Assembly: GCA_018303445.1 (NCBI GenBank)
Contig: JAGVYE010000046.1
Span: 1-51,201, forward strand
Reading direction: 5' to 3'
Origin: Candidatus Woesearchaeota archaeon
Lineage (GTDB): Archaea > Nanobdellota > Nanobdellia > Woesearchaeales > GW2011-AR9
DNA: 51,201 nucleotides
Shown piece by piece: positions 18,128 to 26,581 of the stretch (position 1 is the first letter of the stretch; each line of letters begins with the position of its first letter). Made by a program: the position numbers and the translations under genes. The notes below the pieces were generated by a model. It was not told where the DNA came from. It saw only the letters and a program-made list of their open reading frames with translations, and ran no database searches.

Positions 18128-19260
18128 AGATTCTGTTTATTTGTGAGAATTATTATCCTCACATTGGTGGAGCGGAAGTTGTCTTTAAGAATCTTGCAGA
18201 ACGCTATGTTCAGCAAGGACATAAAGTTACAATTCTTACTCATTTATTAAAAGGGACGAAGAAAAGAGAGACCATTAATGGTGTAGAGATATATAGAGTG
18301 CCTTCAGTTCATTCGCGATATGTTTTTACTTTTTCTTCTCTTCAATTGGCAGTTAAACTTGCTCGGAAGCAGGATATTATTCAAACGACATCTTTTAATG
18401 GAGCTCCTCCGGCCTGGCTGGCAGCAAAGATTACAGGGAAAAAAGTGGTAATTACTGTTCATGAAGTGTGGATTGGGAAATGGCAGGAAGTAACTGAATT
18501 TTCCTGGATAAAGAGCAAGATTCATGAGCTTTTAGAACGAGCAATATATGTGCTTCCCTTTGATCGTTACATTTGCGTTTCTCACGCCACAAAAAAAGAT
18601 TTGCTGAAACTAAAGATTGATGAAAAACAGATTGATGTCGTTCATAACGGCTTAGATTATGAATTTTGGAATGAACATTCTGTATCTGAAAAAGAGGCTC
18701 AAGAAGTGAGAAAAAAATTACAAATAGGTAGAGAATTTGTATATTTCTCTTGGGGAAGGCCTGGTCATAGTAAAGGGTTTGAGCATTTAATCAAAGCTGT
18801 CCCGATAATTTCTCAGCAGTTACCTCATTCCACACTCCTTTTAATGCTTAATCCGCAAGAAAAATACAGAGAGAAGTATGAAGAGCTACTGAGCTTAATT
18901 AAGGAAAATAACGGCCAAGATCAGATCAAACTAATTCCGCCTGTTGCCTATTCTGAACTTAAAAAATACATTAAAGCCGTAAATTGTGTAGTTATCCCTT
19001 CTGTGGCGGAAGGTTTTGGCTATACAGCCGTCGAAGCAACAAGTATGGGAATACCTGTAGTTGTCAGCAATACAGGATCTTTACCGGAAGTTGTATCAGG
19101 GAGATTTCAGATTTTTGAAAATAAAAATAGTACTGATTTGGCTGAGAACGTGGTAAAAGTGGCTAAAAAACAATGGCAAGAAACTCAGCGGAAAATATTT
19201 CCCTGGGAAGAAAGCGTGAAACAATATTTACAAATTTATAATAAACTTCAATCTAAATAA
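18124..19260 (+). CDS. family-4 (GT-B, group 1) glycosyltransferase
   Basis: MKILFICENYYPHIGGAEVVFKNLA and C-terminal PSVAEGFGYTAVEATSMGIPVV (EX7E region). Confidence 0.85.
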   Translation: MKILFICENYYPHIGGAEVVFKNLAERYVQQGHKVTILTHLLKGTKKRETINGVEIYRVPSVHSRYVFTFSSLQLAVKLARKQDIIQTTSFNGAPPAWLAAKITGKKVVITVHEVWIGKWQEVTEFSWIKSKIHELLERAIYVLPFDRYICVSHATKKDLLKLKIDEKQIDVVHNGLDYEFWNEHSVSEKEAQEVRKKLQIGREFVYFSWGRPGHSKGFEHLIKAVPIISQQLPHSTLLLMLNPQEKYREKYEELLSLIKENNGQDQIKLIPPVAYSELKKYIKAVNCVVIPSVAEGFGYTAVEATSMGIPVVVSNTGSLPEVVSGRFQIFENKNSTDLAENVVKVAKKQWQETQRKIFPWEESVKQYLQIYNKLQSK

Positions 19261-19291
19261 ATACGAACTGTAGAAAAAGTCTGCATGCCTA

Positions 19292-19298
19292 TTTTTTT
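19292..19298 (+). terminator. oligo-T tract (archaeal-type terminator) after GT4 gene
   Basis: T7 run 32 nt downstream of the stop at 19260, followed by a new TATA box. Confidence 0.35.
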
Positions 19299-19334
19299 CA
19301 CCTAAAACCACCAACTGATGCGTGATTTCATAAT

Positions 19335-19344
19335 CTTTATATAG
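19335..19344 (+). promoter_or_regulatory. TATA box upstream of the Lrp-HisH gene
   Basis: CTTTATATAG lies 24-33 nt upstream of ATG 19368. Confidence 0.5.
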
Positions 19345-19367
19345 ATTGATGCGGGAAAATAGCAAAA

Positions 19368-20501
19368 ATGGTTGGTTTGGATCGAAAAGATTGTGCTATC
19401 CTTGGTATTCTCCAGAAGAACTGTCGGGCAACGCTCTCAGACATAGGACAAGCTGTTGACCTTTCACCCGATTCTGTCCGAAGAAGAATCGATAAGATGG
19501 TGGAAAACAAGATCTTTCATCCTAAAGTTCAAATGCGCCCACCCCATTTTGGGTATCCTAATGTCATAGAAGTCAAAATTAAGTTAAAAGACCATTCCAA
19601 TGAGAAGTATGATCAGTTTATAGCCTATTTACAGGATCATAGCAGAATTGTAGAAATCTTTAAGGTAAGCGGTCCTTGGGATCTTTCCATTGTGGTTATT
19701 TCCAAAGATGCTGCAGATTTACGCAGCATTTCTGACGAAGTCAAAGGACGATTTGGCGGTATCATTTCAGAATGGATTGAATCGATGACGTTAGATTCTT
19801 ACAAGTTTGAATTGTATGATATGATGAAACTTATGGAAGAAGAAAGTGCTGGCCCAGAAGTCGTAATTATTGATTACAAATTAGGGAATGTAACTTCCGT
19901 ATTAAATGCGTTAAAGGTGTTAGGAGTAAAAGCTGAAATTACCAATGATGTAATGAAGATTCGAAAGGCAAAAAAGATTATTCTTCCTGGAGTGGGAGCC
20001 TTTGCAGAAGGAATGAAGAATCTGAAAGAGGTAGGATTAATTAAGGTCTTATATGAGGAAGTCCTGGTTAAGAAAAAGCCGTTTTTAGGAATTTGTTTGG
20101 GAATGCAAATTATTTGCACCAAAGGATATGAAGGAGGAGAGTTTAAAGGATTAGGATGGATCGATGCGGAAGTGGTTCGTTTTGAAGGAGAAAATTTACG
20201 TATTCCTCATATTGGTTGGAATGACGTGAAATGTAACTTAGCCTGCCCTATTCTTTCAAATGGAAAAGATGTTCAAACATTTTATTTTGTACATAGTTAC
20301 TTTGTAAAACCAAAAGACTCATCAATCATTGTTGGAAGCTGTGATTATGGAATCCCTTTTGCGGCTGTAATTCAAAAAGAAAATATCTTTGCCACGCAAT
20401 TTCATCCAGAAAAAAGTCAGCATGAAGGTTTAGAAATTTTACGAAAATTTGCGACTTTAGAAAATGTTAAAGAAACGCCTGATACCGTGCTTGTTTCTTA
20501 A
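19368..20501 (+). CDS. fusion protein: full-length Lrp/AsnC regulator (HTH + RAM domain) plus HisH-type class-I glutamine amidotransferase
   Basis: Residues 1-150: LDRKDCAILGILQKNCRATLSDIGQAVDLSPDSVRRRIDKM (AsnC HTH) plus a RAM-like beta-alpha-beta-beta-alpha-beta segment. Residues ~164-377: VVIIDYKLGN, ILPGVGAF, GICLGMQ (Cys nucleophile), HSYF and QFHPEKS (His/Glu). Confidence 0.8.
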   Translation: MVGLDRKDCAILGILQKNCRATLSDIGQAVDLSPDSVRRRIDKMVENKIFHPKVQMRPPHFGYPNVIEVKIKLKDHSNEKYDQFIAYLQDHSRIVEIFKVSGPWDLSIVVISKDAADLRSISDEVKGRFGGIISEWIESMTLDSYKFELYDMMKLMEEESAGPEVVIIDYKLGNVTSVLNALKVLGVKAEITNDVMKIRKAKKIILPGVGAFAEGMKNLKEVGLIKVLYEEVLVKKKPFLGICLGMQIICTKGYEGGEFKGLGWIDAEVVRFEGENLRIPHIGWNDVKCNLACPILSNGKDVQTFYFVHSYFVKPKDSSIIVGSCDYGIPFAAVIQKENIFATQFHPEKSQHEGLEILRKFATLENVKETPDTVLVS

Positions 20502-21321
20502 AAACGGGCACCTTGTACGAAGTGAACGGTTTGAGTTCCACCAGTTATTGGGTGATCCAATTCATCAGGTAGATCGCATTAATGCCTGGTCTGCAGATGA
20601 GTTAATTTACGTAGATATTAGCAATGAGGAATATTATGATTTGAGGAGAGATGATATGCGGGTAAAAAGAATGGACGACATTTATGATATTATCGCTCAT
20701 GTTAGCAAAACTTGCTTTATCCCTTTAACATTCGGTGGAAATATTAGAACTATTGAAGATGTCAGAAAACGATTAAAATGTGGCGCAGATAAAGTGATTA
20801 TTGATACCAGAGCGCATGAACGACCAGAGTTTATTACCGAAGCAGCGGAGCGTTTTGGCAGTCAATGCATTGTTATGGGGATAGACGTTAAGAAAGAACA
20901 AGATGGAGCATACCAAGTGTATAGCCATCATGGAAAAACGGCAACAGGAAAGAACCCTGTTGACTGGGCTAGGGAAGTAGAAAAGTTAGGAGCGGGAGAG
21001 ATTTTTTTAAATTCCATTGATCGCGATGGCGCCCAAGAAGGATATGACATCACATTAATTAAAATGGTTGCAGCAGCGGTCAAAATTCCTTTGATTGCCT
21101 GTGGAGGAGCCGGAACATTTGAAGACCTGGTTGAATGTGTGAAAGAAGGAGGTGCAGATGCTGTTGCGGCAGGAAACATCTTCAATTACACTGAAAATGC
21201 CGTATTACGAGCAAAAAAAACGTTAATCCAACATGGAGTGGAGATGCGACCTATTGTACGACCTCCTACATTATTCAAAAGCCAAGATCATATCCTGGAA
21301 GGATATATTAAAAATATTTAG
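20464..21321 (+). CDS. HisF-like cyclase subunit (WbuZ-type, glycan acetamidino formation)
   Basis: MLKKRLIPCLFLKNGHLVRS, then TFGGNIRT, GADKVII and ACGGAGTFEDL, the (beta/alpha)8 HisF pattern. Lies between a HisH-like gene and an N-acetyl sugar amidotransferase. Confidence 0.85.
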   Translation: MLKKRLIPCLFLKNGHLVRSERFEFHQLLGDPIHQVDRINAWSADELIYVDISNEEYYDLRRDDMRVKRMDDIYDIIAHVSKTCFIPLTFGGNIRTIEDVRKRLKCGADKVIIDTRAHERPEFITEAAERFGSQCIVMGIDVKKEQDGAYQVYSHHGKTATGKNPVDWAREVEKLGAGEIFLNSIDRDGAQEGYDITLIKMVAAAVKIPLIACGGAGTFEDLVECVKEGGADAVAAGNIFNYTENAVLRAKKTLIQHGVEMRPIVRPPTLFKSQDHILEGYIKNI

Positions 21322-21333
21322 AAGGTGATAACT

Positions 21334-22641
21334 ATGGAGATAGCAAGACCAGCAAAAATGCGGTATTGTACAAAATGCGTCTATCCAAAATCTTCCGCTG
21401 TTCCTTTAGCGTTTGATGAAAAAGGAGTGTGTAGCGGATGTAGAGTCCATGATCAGAAAATACATATCGATTGGAAAAAAATGGAAGAGAAACTTAAAAA
21501 ATTAGTCGAACCGTACCGCTCAAAAGGAAATAAGTATGACTGTATTGTTCCGGTAAGCGGGGGAAAAGATAGTTACTTCCAGACATGGTATGTTACCAAT
21601 GTCTTAAAGATGAAACCATTGTTAGTTACTTATCAAGGAAATGATTATTATGATGTTGGTTTAAAGAATTTACATAATATGAGAAATGTGTTTAATGCCG
21701 ATCATTTCATTATGGGGCCCAGTGTTGACATTCTCAAGAAACTTCATAAAAAGTGTTTTAAGATGATGGGGGACATGAGCTGGCACAATCATTGCGGTAT
21801 TTTTTCTTTTCCCGTGCAAGCTGCGGTAAAATTCAAAGTTCCACTAATTATTTGGGGCGAACACGGATACACTGATATTGGCGGCATGTATAATATGAAT
21901 GACTTAGTGGAGATGACCAAGAAATATCGAACGGAACATGCCTGCCGCGGCTTTGATTGGTATGACATGATTGATGAAGAGATCGGAATTACCGAGAAAG
22001 ATTTGTTGTGTCATAAATATCCGACTGATGAAGAATTAGAAGAAAATGATATTCGGGGAATTTATATGGGATTTTACGTGTTCTGGGATGCAAACGCCCA
22101 TTTCAAAAGGATGACGGAAGAGTTAGGTTTTCTTCCAGCAGAATTTCCTTTCGAAAGAACCTACCGCCGCTTCTCAGCTCTTGATGACATGCACGAAGCA
22201 GGTATTCATGATTACATGAAATTCATCAAATTTGGTTATGGAAGAGGTTCTGATCATCCTTGTAAGGATATCCGTTTAGGGTATATGACCAGAGAAGAGG
22301 GAATTGCCAATATAAAAAAGTATGATGCAGTGAAGCCCATGCAGGATTTGAACCGCTGGTTAAAATATGTTGAAATGACGGAAGAAGAGTTTGATAGAAC
22401 TGCCGATACATTTAGAGATCCATCTGTTTGGTGGATCCAGGATGGTGAATGGTGGAAAGACAATATTTGGGGAGAACCTTCAAGCTACGGAAAGGTTTGG
22501 CTAACTGAAGAGCTACAGAAGAAGTATTATTGGAATGATACAAAAAAAGGCATAAGTAGAGGTCCGCTCCTGATCACACAAGGAAGGCAGGACATTAAAA
22601 AGAGCAGTGAAGAAAAATTATCTACTGTTCCACAGAATTAG
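21334..22641 (+). CDS. N-acetyl sugar amidotransferase (WbuX/PseA-like, PP-loop ATP pyrophosphatase)
   Basis: N-terminal zinc ribbon CTKCVYP...GVCSGC followed by the PP-loop VPVSGGKDS. AAGGTGA lies upstream of ATG 21334. Confidence 0.85.
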   Translation: MEIARPAKMRYCTKCVYPKSSAVPLAFDEKGVCSGCRVHDQKIHIDWKKMEEKLKKLVEPYRSKGNKYDCIVPVSGGKDSYFQTWYVTNVLKMKPLLVTYQGNDYYDVGLKNLHNMRNVFNADHFIMGPSVDILKKLHKKCFKMMGDMSWHNHCGIFSFPVQAAVKFKVPLIIWGEHGYTDIGGMYNMNDLVEMTKKYRTEHACRGFDWYDMIDEEIGITEKDLLCHKYPTDEELEENDIRGIYMGFYVFWDANAHFKRMTEELGFLPAEFPFERTYRRFSALDDMHEAGIHDYMKFIKFGYGRGSDHPCKDIRLGYMTREEGIANIKKYDAVKPMQDLNRWLKYVEMTEEEFDRTADTFRDPSVWWIQDGEWWKDNIWGEPSSYGKVWLTEELQKKYYWNDTKKGISRGPLLITQGRQDIKKSSEEKLSTVPQN

Positions 22642-22664
22642 ATTTAAGAAAAAGGTGGTTTATA

Positions 22665-24026
22665 ATGAATTTAAAGGAAGAATTGTTAACGGGAAAAAAG
22701 AAGTTAGGGGTATGGGGGTTAGGATATATCGGATTTTCCTCTATTGCCTACTTCGCACGAGCCGGTGTCACATGTATAGGCACAGATGTGAGCGAACAAC
22801 GCATCAGTGATGTTAACGGGGGAAATGTTACCATTCCTAATTTGAGATTCTGGCTTGGTTTTGACACTTCAGTATTAGCAAAGCATAAGCAAATGTCGGC
22901 AACGAAAGATTGGAAAGAATTGATTCAATCAGATGTCGCAGTTCATCTTATTACTATTCCCACGGAAATGAATGGAAAACCGTATCATGATATCTTAAAA
23001 GATGTCGTGGATAAAATTTCTGGTTTTAAGAATGTAAAGATGGAACATCCCTCCTTAGTTATCGTCGAGAGCACGCTTACGCCGACGGTAGCGGATAGCA
23101 TTGTCATACCACTTTTTGAAAAAAATGGCTTGAAAGTGGGGAAAGATATTTTGTTTGGAATTGCTCCAAGAAGGGATTGGTTTACTTCACCAGATAAAAC
23201 TCTAGAATTATTACCGAGAGTTGTCGGAGGTACAACGAAAGAAACGACACAGCTTATGGCTGACATTCTGGGAATTATTTGTAAGAGCATTATCAAAGCT
23301 CCCGACCATAAACATGCTAGTATTGTCAAAAGCATCGAAAACGCCTATCGCCAACTAGAGATCACCTTTGCAAACCAGCTTTCTCAAGCATATCCGGACA
23401 TGGATATGATGAGTGTTCTTCAAATGGCAGGAACAAAATGGAACATTGGCTCTTATCATCCTTCGTTTGGGACGGGAGGTTATTGTATCCCGCTAGCACC
23501 CCAATATGTACTTGAAGGAGCGACACACCCGGAAAAATTAACTTTATTACACGAATCTATGAAAACCGATTTTAACTTACCTCAGGTTGTAGCAGAAAGT
23601 GTAATTCAACGGGGAGCGCAAAAAGTTGCCGTGTTAGGATTAGCATATACTGGCGATCTCAAAGTTGATGTCCTCAGCCCAGCAAAAGGAATTTGCAAAT
23701 ATCTAAAAGAAAAAGGCGTAGATGTTAAAGTCCATGATCCTTACTATTCTTCAGAAGAAGTGCAGAAATTAGTGCAATGTGAAAGAATCTCATTCCCTGA
23801 AGGACTAGAGGATCGGGATTGCATCTTAATTGTCTCACCCCATAGAGTGTATAAATTCACGAAGAAGAGAGAAGTAGAAAAATTTTTGGGAAACACCAAG
23901 CTTGTGCTTGATAATATGGGGATTTGGCGCGACATTAAATTGCCTGCGCACATCGAGTATTTCGAAGCAGGAACAGCTTACTGGTTAAGTCATAATCACC
24001 ATGAAAATCGCCTTAGCACAGATTAA
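22665..24026 (+). CDS. nucleotide-sugar 6-dehydrogenase (UDP-ManNAc/UDP-GlcNAc dehydrogenase clade)
   Basis: LGVWGLGYIGFSSIAYFA (Rossmann) and the catalytic GGYCIPLAP (GGxCI type). GGTGG Shine-Dalgarno-like element upstream. Confidence 0.85.
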   Translation: MNLKEELLTGKKKLGVWGLGYIGFSSIAYFARAGVTCIGTDVSEQRISDVNGGNVTIPNLRFWLGFDTSVLAKHKQMSATKDWKELIQSDVAVHLITIPTEMNGKPYHDILKDVVDKISGFKNVKMEHPSLVIVESTLTPTVADSIVIPLFEKNGLKVGKDILFGIAPRRDWFTSPDKTLELLPRVVGGTTKETTQLMADILGIICKSIIKAPDHKHASIVKSIENAYRQLEITFANQLSQAYPDMDMMSVLQMAGTKWNIGSYHPSFGTGGYCIPLAPQYVLEGATHPEKLTLLHESMKTDFNLPQVVAESVIQRGAQKVAVLGLAYTGDLKVDVLSPAKGICKYLKEKGVDVKVHDPYYSSEEVQKLVQCERISFPEGLEDRDCILIVSPHRVYKFTKKREVEKFLGNTKLVLDNMGIWRDIKLPAHIEYFEAGTAYWLSHNHHENRLSTD

Positions 24027-25599
24027 TCCTACTGTAGGAGATATACAGAGAAACAAGAATAAAATAATTGAGAATCTGAACAGAGCAAGAAAAGAAAACG
24101 TTTCTCTGGTAATATTTCCTGAATTAGTAGTTACCGGTTACCCTCCAAAAGACCTGTTACTAAAGAAATCTTTTGTAAAAGCCAATAAAGAAGCTGTGAA
24201 AGAAATAGCGAGAATGACAACTGGAACTGCTGCCATTGTCGGCTTTGTTGACGAAAATAAAGGTGTATTGCACAATGCAGCTGCCGTGTTAGAAAATGAA
24301 GAGCTTAAAGGAGTTTATCACAAAAAACACCTTCCTAACTATGATGTTTTCGATGAGAAGCGATACTTTGCACCAGGTTCAACATCAGGTTCATTTTTCG
24401 TAGCTGGAAAGAAAGTCGGGATTACCATTTGTGAAGACATTTGGGTAGAGAATAATCCCCTTCCTGGGCTAAAAAAAGAAGGAGTCGAACTTACCATTAA
24501 CATTTCTGGATCTCCTTTTCATGCCGGAAAGAGAATGCTGCGGGAAGAACTCATTAAGAAAAGAGCATTGGAGAATAATCTGCCTATGATTTACCTTAAC
24601 ATCATTGGCGGGCAGGATGATCTGATTTTTGATGGCAGAAGCTATGTTTTTAGCAAAAAAGGGGAAATACTCGCACGGGCAAAGAGTTTCGAAGAAGATT
24701 TTTTAATCATCTCTGACTTTGAAAATATAGCACGAATTGAGAGAGAACAAGAAGTGATTGAAGAAATTTACCAAGCTATTATTTTAGGAATTCGAGATTA
24801 CGTTTTTAAAAATGGATTTAAGAAAGTAATTCTCGGTTTGAGTGGAGGCATCGATTCCGCTGTTACAGCGACTTTAGCAGTACATGCCTTAGGAGCCGAT
24901 AAAGTAGAAGGCATTACTATGCCCAGTGAATTCTCCTCTTCCGGAAGTGTTGATGATTCCGTTCAATTAGCAAAGAACTTAGGAATAAAATGTGAAACCG
25001 TTGCCATCAAAGAAATTTACCAAAGTTATCTTAAAGGATTGCATCAGCAATTTAATGGAACTTTCTTTAACGTAGCAGAGGAAAATGTACAAGCGAGAAT
25101 TAGAGGGAATCTGTTAATGGCGGTTTCAAATAAATTTGGACATTTAGTTTTAACAACAGGAAATAAATCTGAGCTGTCAGTTGGTTATGCAACGTTATAT
25201 GGAGATATGTCTGGGGGATTGGCCGTTATTTCGGACATATTTAAAGTAAAAGTATATGAACTTGCTAATTTTATAAATGAGCGGGAGGAGAAGGAAGTTA
25301 TTCCCAAAGAAATTATTGACAAAGAACCTTCGGCAGAGCTACGAGATAATCAGAAAGATAGCGATTCACTGCCACCTTATCCCGTTCTCGATCCTATTCT
25401 TCAGGCCTATGTTGAAGAAGATAAAAGTAAAGAGGAAATTATCGCTTTAGGTTTTAACGCTGAGACAGTTGCAAAAGTGATTAAGCTTGTCGATAGAAGT
25501 GAGTATAAACGAAATCAAGCGGCTCTGGGAATAAGAGTAACACCGCGAGCTTTCGGATCGGGAAGAAGAATTCCGATAACAAATGGATGGAGGGAATGA
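24001..25599 (+). CDS. nadE: glutamine-dependent NAD+ synthetase (CN-hydrolase + NAD synthetase domains)
   Basis: CN-hydrolase triad context: FPELVVTGY, HKKHLPNYDVFDE and ITICEDIW. PP-loop LGLSGGIDSAV. C-terminal PSAELR...QKDSDSLPPY. The start overlaps the dehydrogenase stop by 26 nt. Confidence 0.88.
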   Translation: MKIALAQINPTVGDIQRNKNKIIENLNRARKENVSLVIFPELVVTGYPPKDLLLKKSFVKANKEAVKEIARMTTGTAAIVGFVDENKGVLHNAAAVLENEELKGVYHKKHLPNYDVFDEKRYFAPGSTSGSFFVAGKKVGITICEDIWVENNPLPGLKKEGVELTINISGSPFHAGKRMLREELIKKRALENNLPMIYLNIIGGQDDLIFDGRSYVFSKKGEILARAKSFEEDFLIISDFENIARIEREQEVIEEIYQAIILGIRDYVFKNGFKKVILGLSGGIDSAVTATLAVHALGADKVEGITMPSEFSSSGSVDDSVQLAKNLGIKCETVAIKEIYQSYLKGLHQQFNGTFFNVAEENVQARIRGNLLMAVSNKFGHLVLTTGNKSELSVGYATLYGDMSGGLAVISDIFKVKVYELANFINEREEKEVIPKEIIDKEPSAELRDNQKDSDSLPPYPVLDPILQAYVEEDKSKEEIIALGFNAETVAKVIKLVDRSEYKRNQAALGIRVTPRAFGSGRRIPITNGWRE

Positions 25600-25600
25600 A

Positions 25601-26581
25601 ATGACGCAAACGACACCAACATTAGAAGTTTTGACGGAGTTATTGATGGGAGAAGCTTCTTTTTTTCCAGATACAAGAGCTCCGAAGGTTTTCTTTGATA
25701 GAGAGAATTCCCAACAAAAAGGGGGAGTAATGATTACTCCGCTTTATTATCCGAGTCGAAAAATTCCCGTATCTTTTCTAGACGGAAAGACAGGAAAAAT
25801 AAGAAGAAAATTTAGAAGAGACCACATTTCCGCGCTCTTATTAGAAAAAGAAGGGGAAAATTCACCTAAAAGAAATGTTATCGCTCTTCATCAACACGCA
25901 CTTAATTTTGAAATTGGAAAAAGTGAACCAGCAGGTTTGAAAGGGGATCCTGAGCAAGCGTATGGGTTTGAATTAGCGCAGAGAGGATACCGTGTTCTTT
26001 GTTTTGATTTTCCTCCTTTCGAGGAAAGAATACTTGATTTTCCTGGTGAACCTTTTTTAAAACAAGAGCTTTCTTTGGAGGGTGTTGAACTCATGGGAAA
26101 ATACATGTGTGACACGATGAGAGCCGTGGATGTGCTTTTATCACTTAATCCAAATCCCGTTAATCCAGAAGTAGGATTAATCGGTCATTCTCTCGGCGGC
26201 ATGGTTGCGGTCTATACACAAGCCTGTGATCCCAGAATTACAGCAGCGGTGGCTAATTGTGGAGTTTCAACATACGATAGCATTACAGATACAGGACAGA
26301 CCCATAACTGGGCGTATCCCATTCATGGAATGAGACCCAGATTTGGAGAATGGCATGAAGTATTTGCTTTCTTACAAGGAAGACCTTTACTTATTTCTGC
26401 TTCTTTTGAAGATGATCTTTTCCCTATCGAGGGGGTAGTCGACTTTGTTCGTTTTGCAAAAAAGTTTGAAGGAGCTTCTCATCTGAAATTTAAAGAGTGG
26501 AGAGGTGGTCATTCGTTTTCCAAGGAAGCGAGAGAATTTGCGTATGGTTTTCTCGACCGCCACTTAGAAAGAGGAAAATGA
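25601..26581 (+). CDS. alpha/beta-fold hydrolase (dienelactone hydrolase/esterase-like)
   Basis: Nucleophile elbow GHSLGG and C-terminal GGHSF. GGAGGG lies upstream of ATG 25601, directly after the nadE stop. Confidence 0.62.
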   Translation: MTQTTPTLEVLTELLMGEASFFPDTRAPKVFFDRENSQQKGGVMITPLYYPSRKIPVSFLDGKTGKIRRKFRRDHISALLLEKEGENSPKRNVIALHQHALNFEIGKSEPAGLKGDPEQAYGFELAQRGYRVLCFDFPPFEERILDFPGEPFLKQELSLEGVELMGKYMCDTMRAVDVLLSLNPNPVNPEVGLIGHSLGGMVAVYTQACDPRITAAVANCGVSTYDSITDTGQTHNWAYPIHGMRPRFGEWHEVFAFLQGRPLLISASFEDDLFPIEGVVDFVRFAKKFEGASHLKFKEWRGGHSFSKEAREFAYGFLDRHLERGK

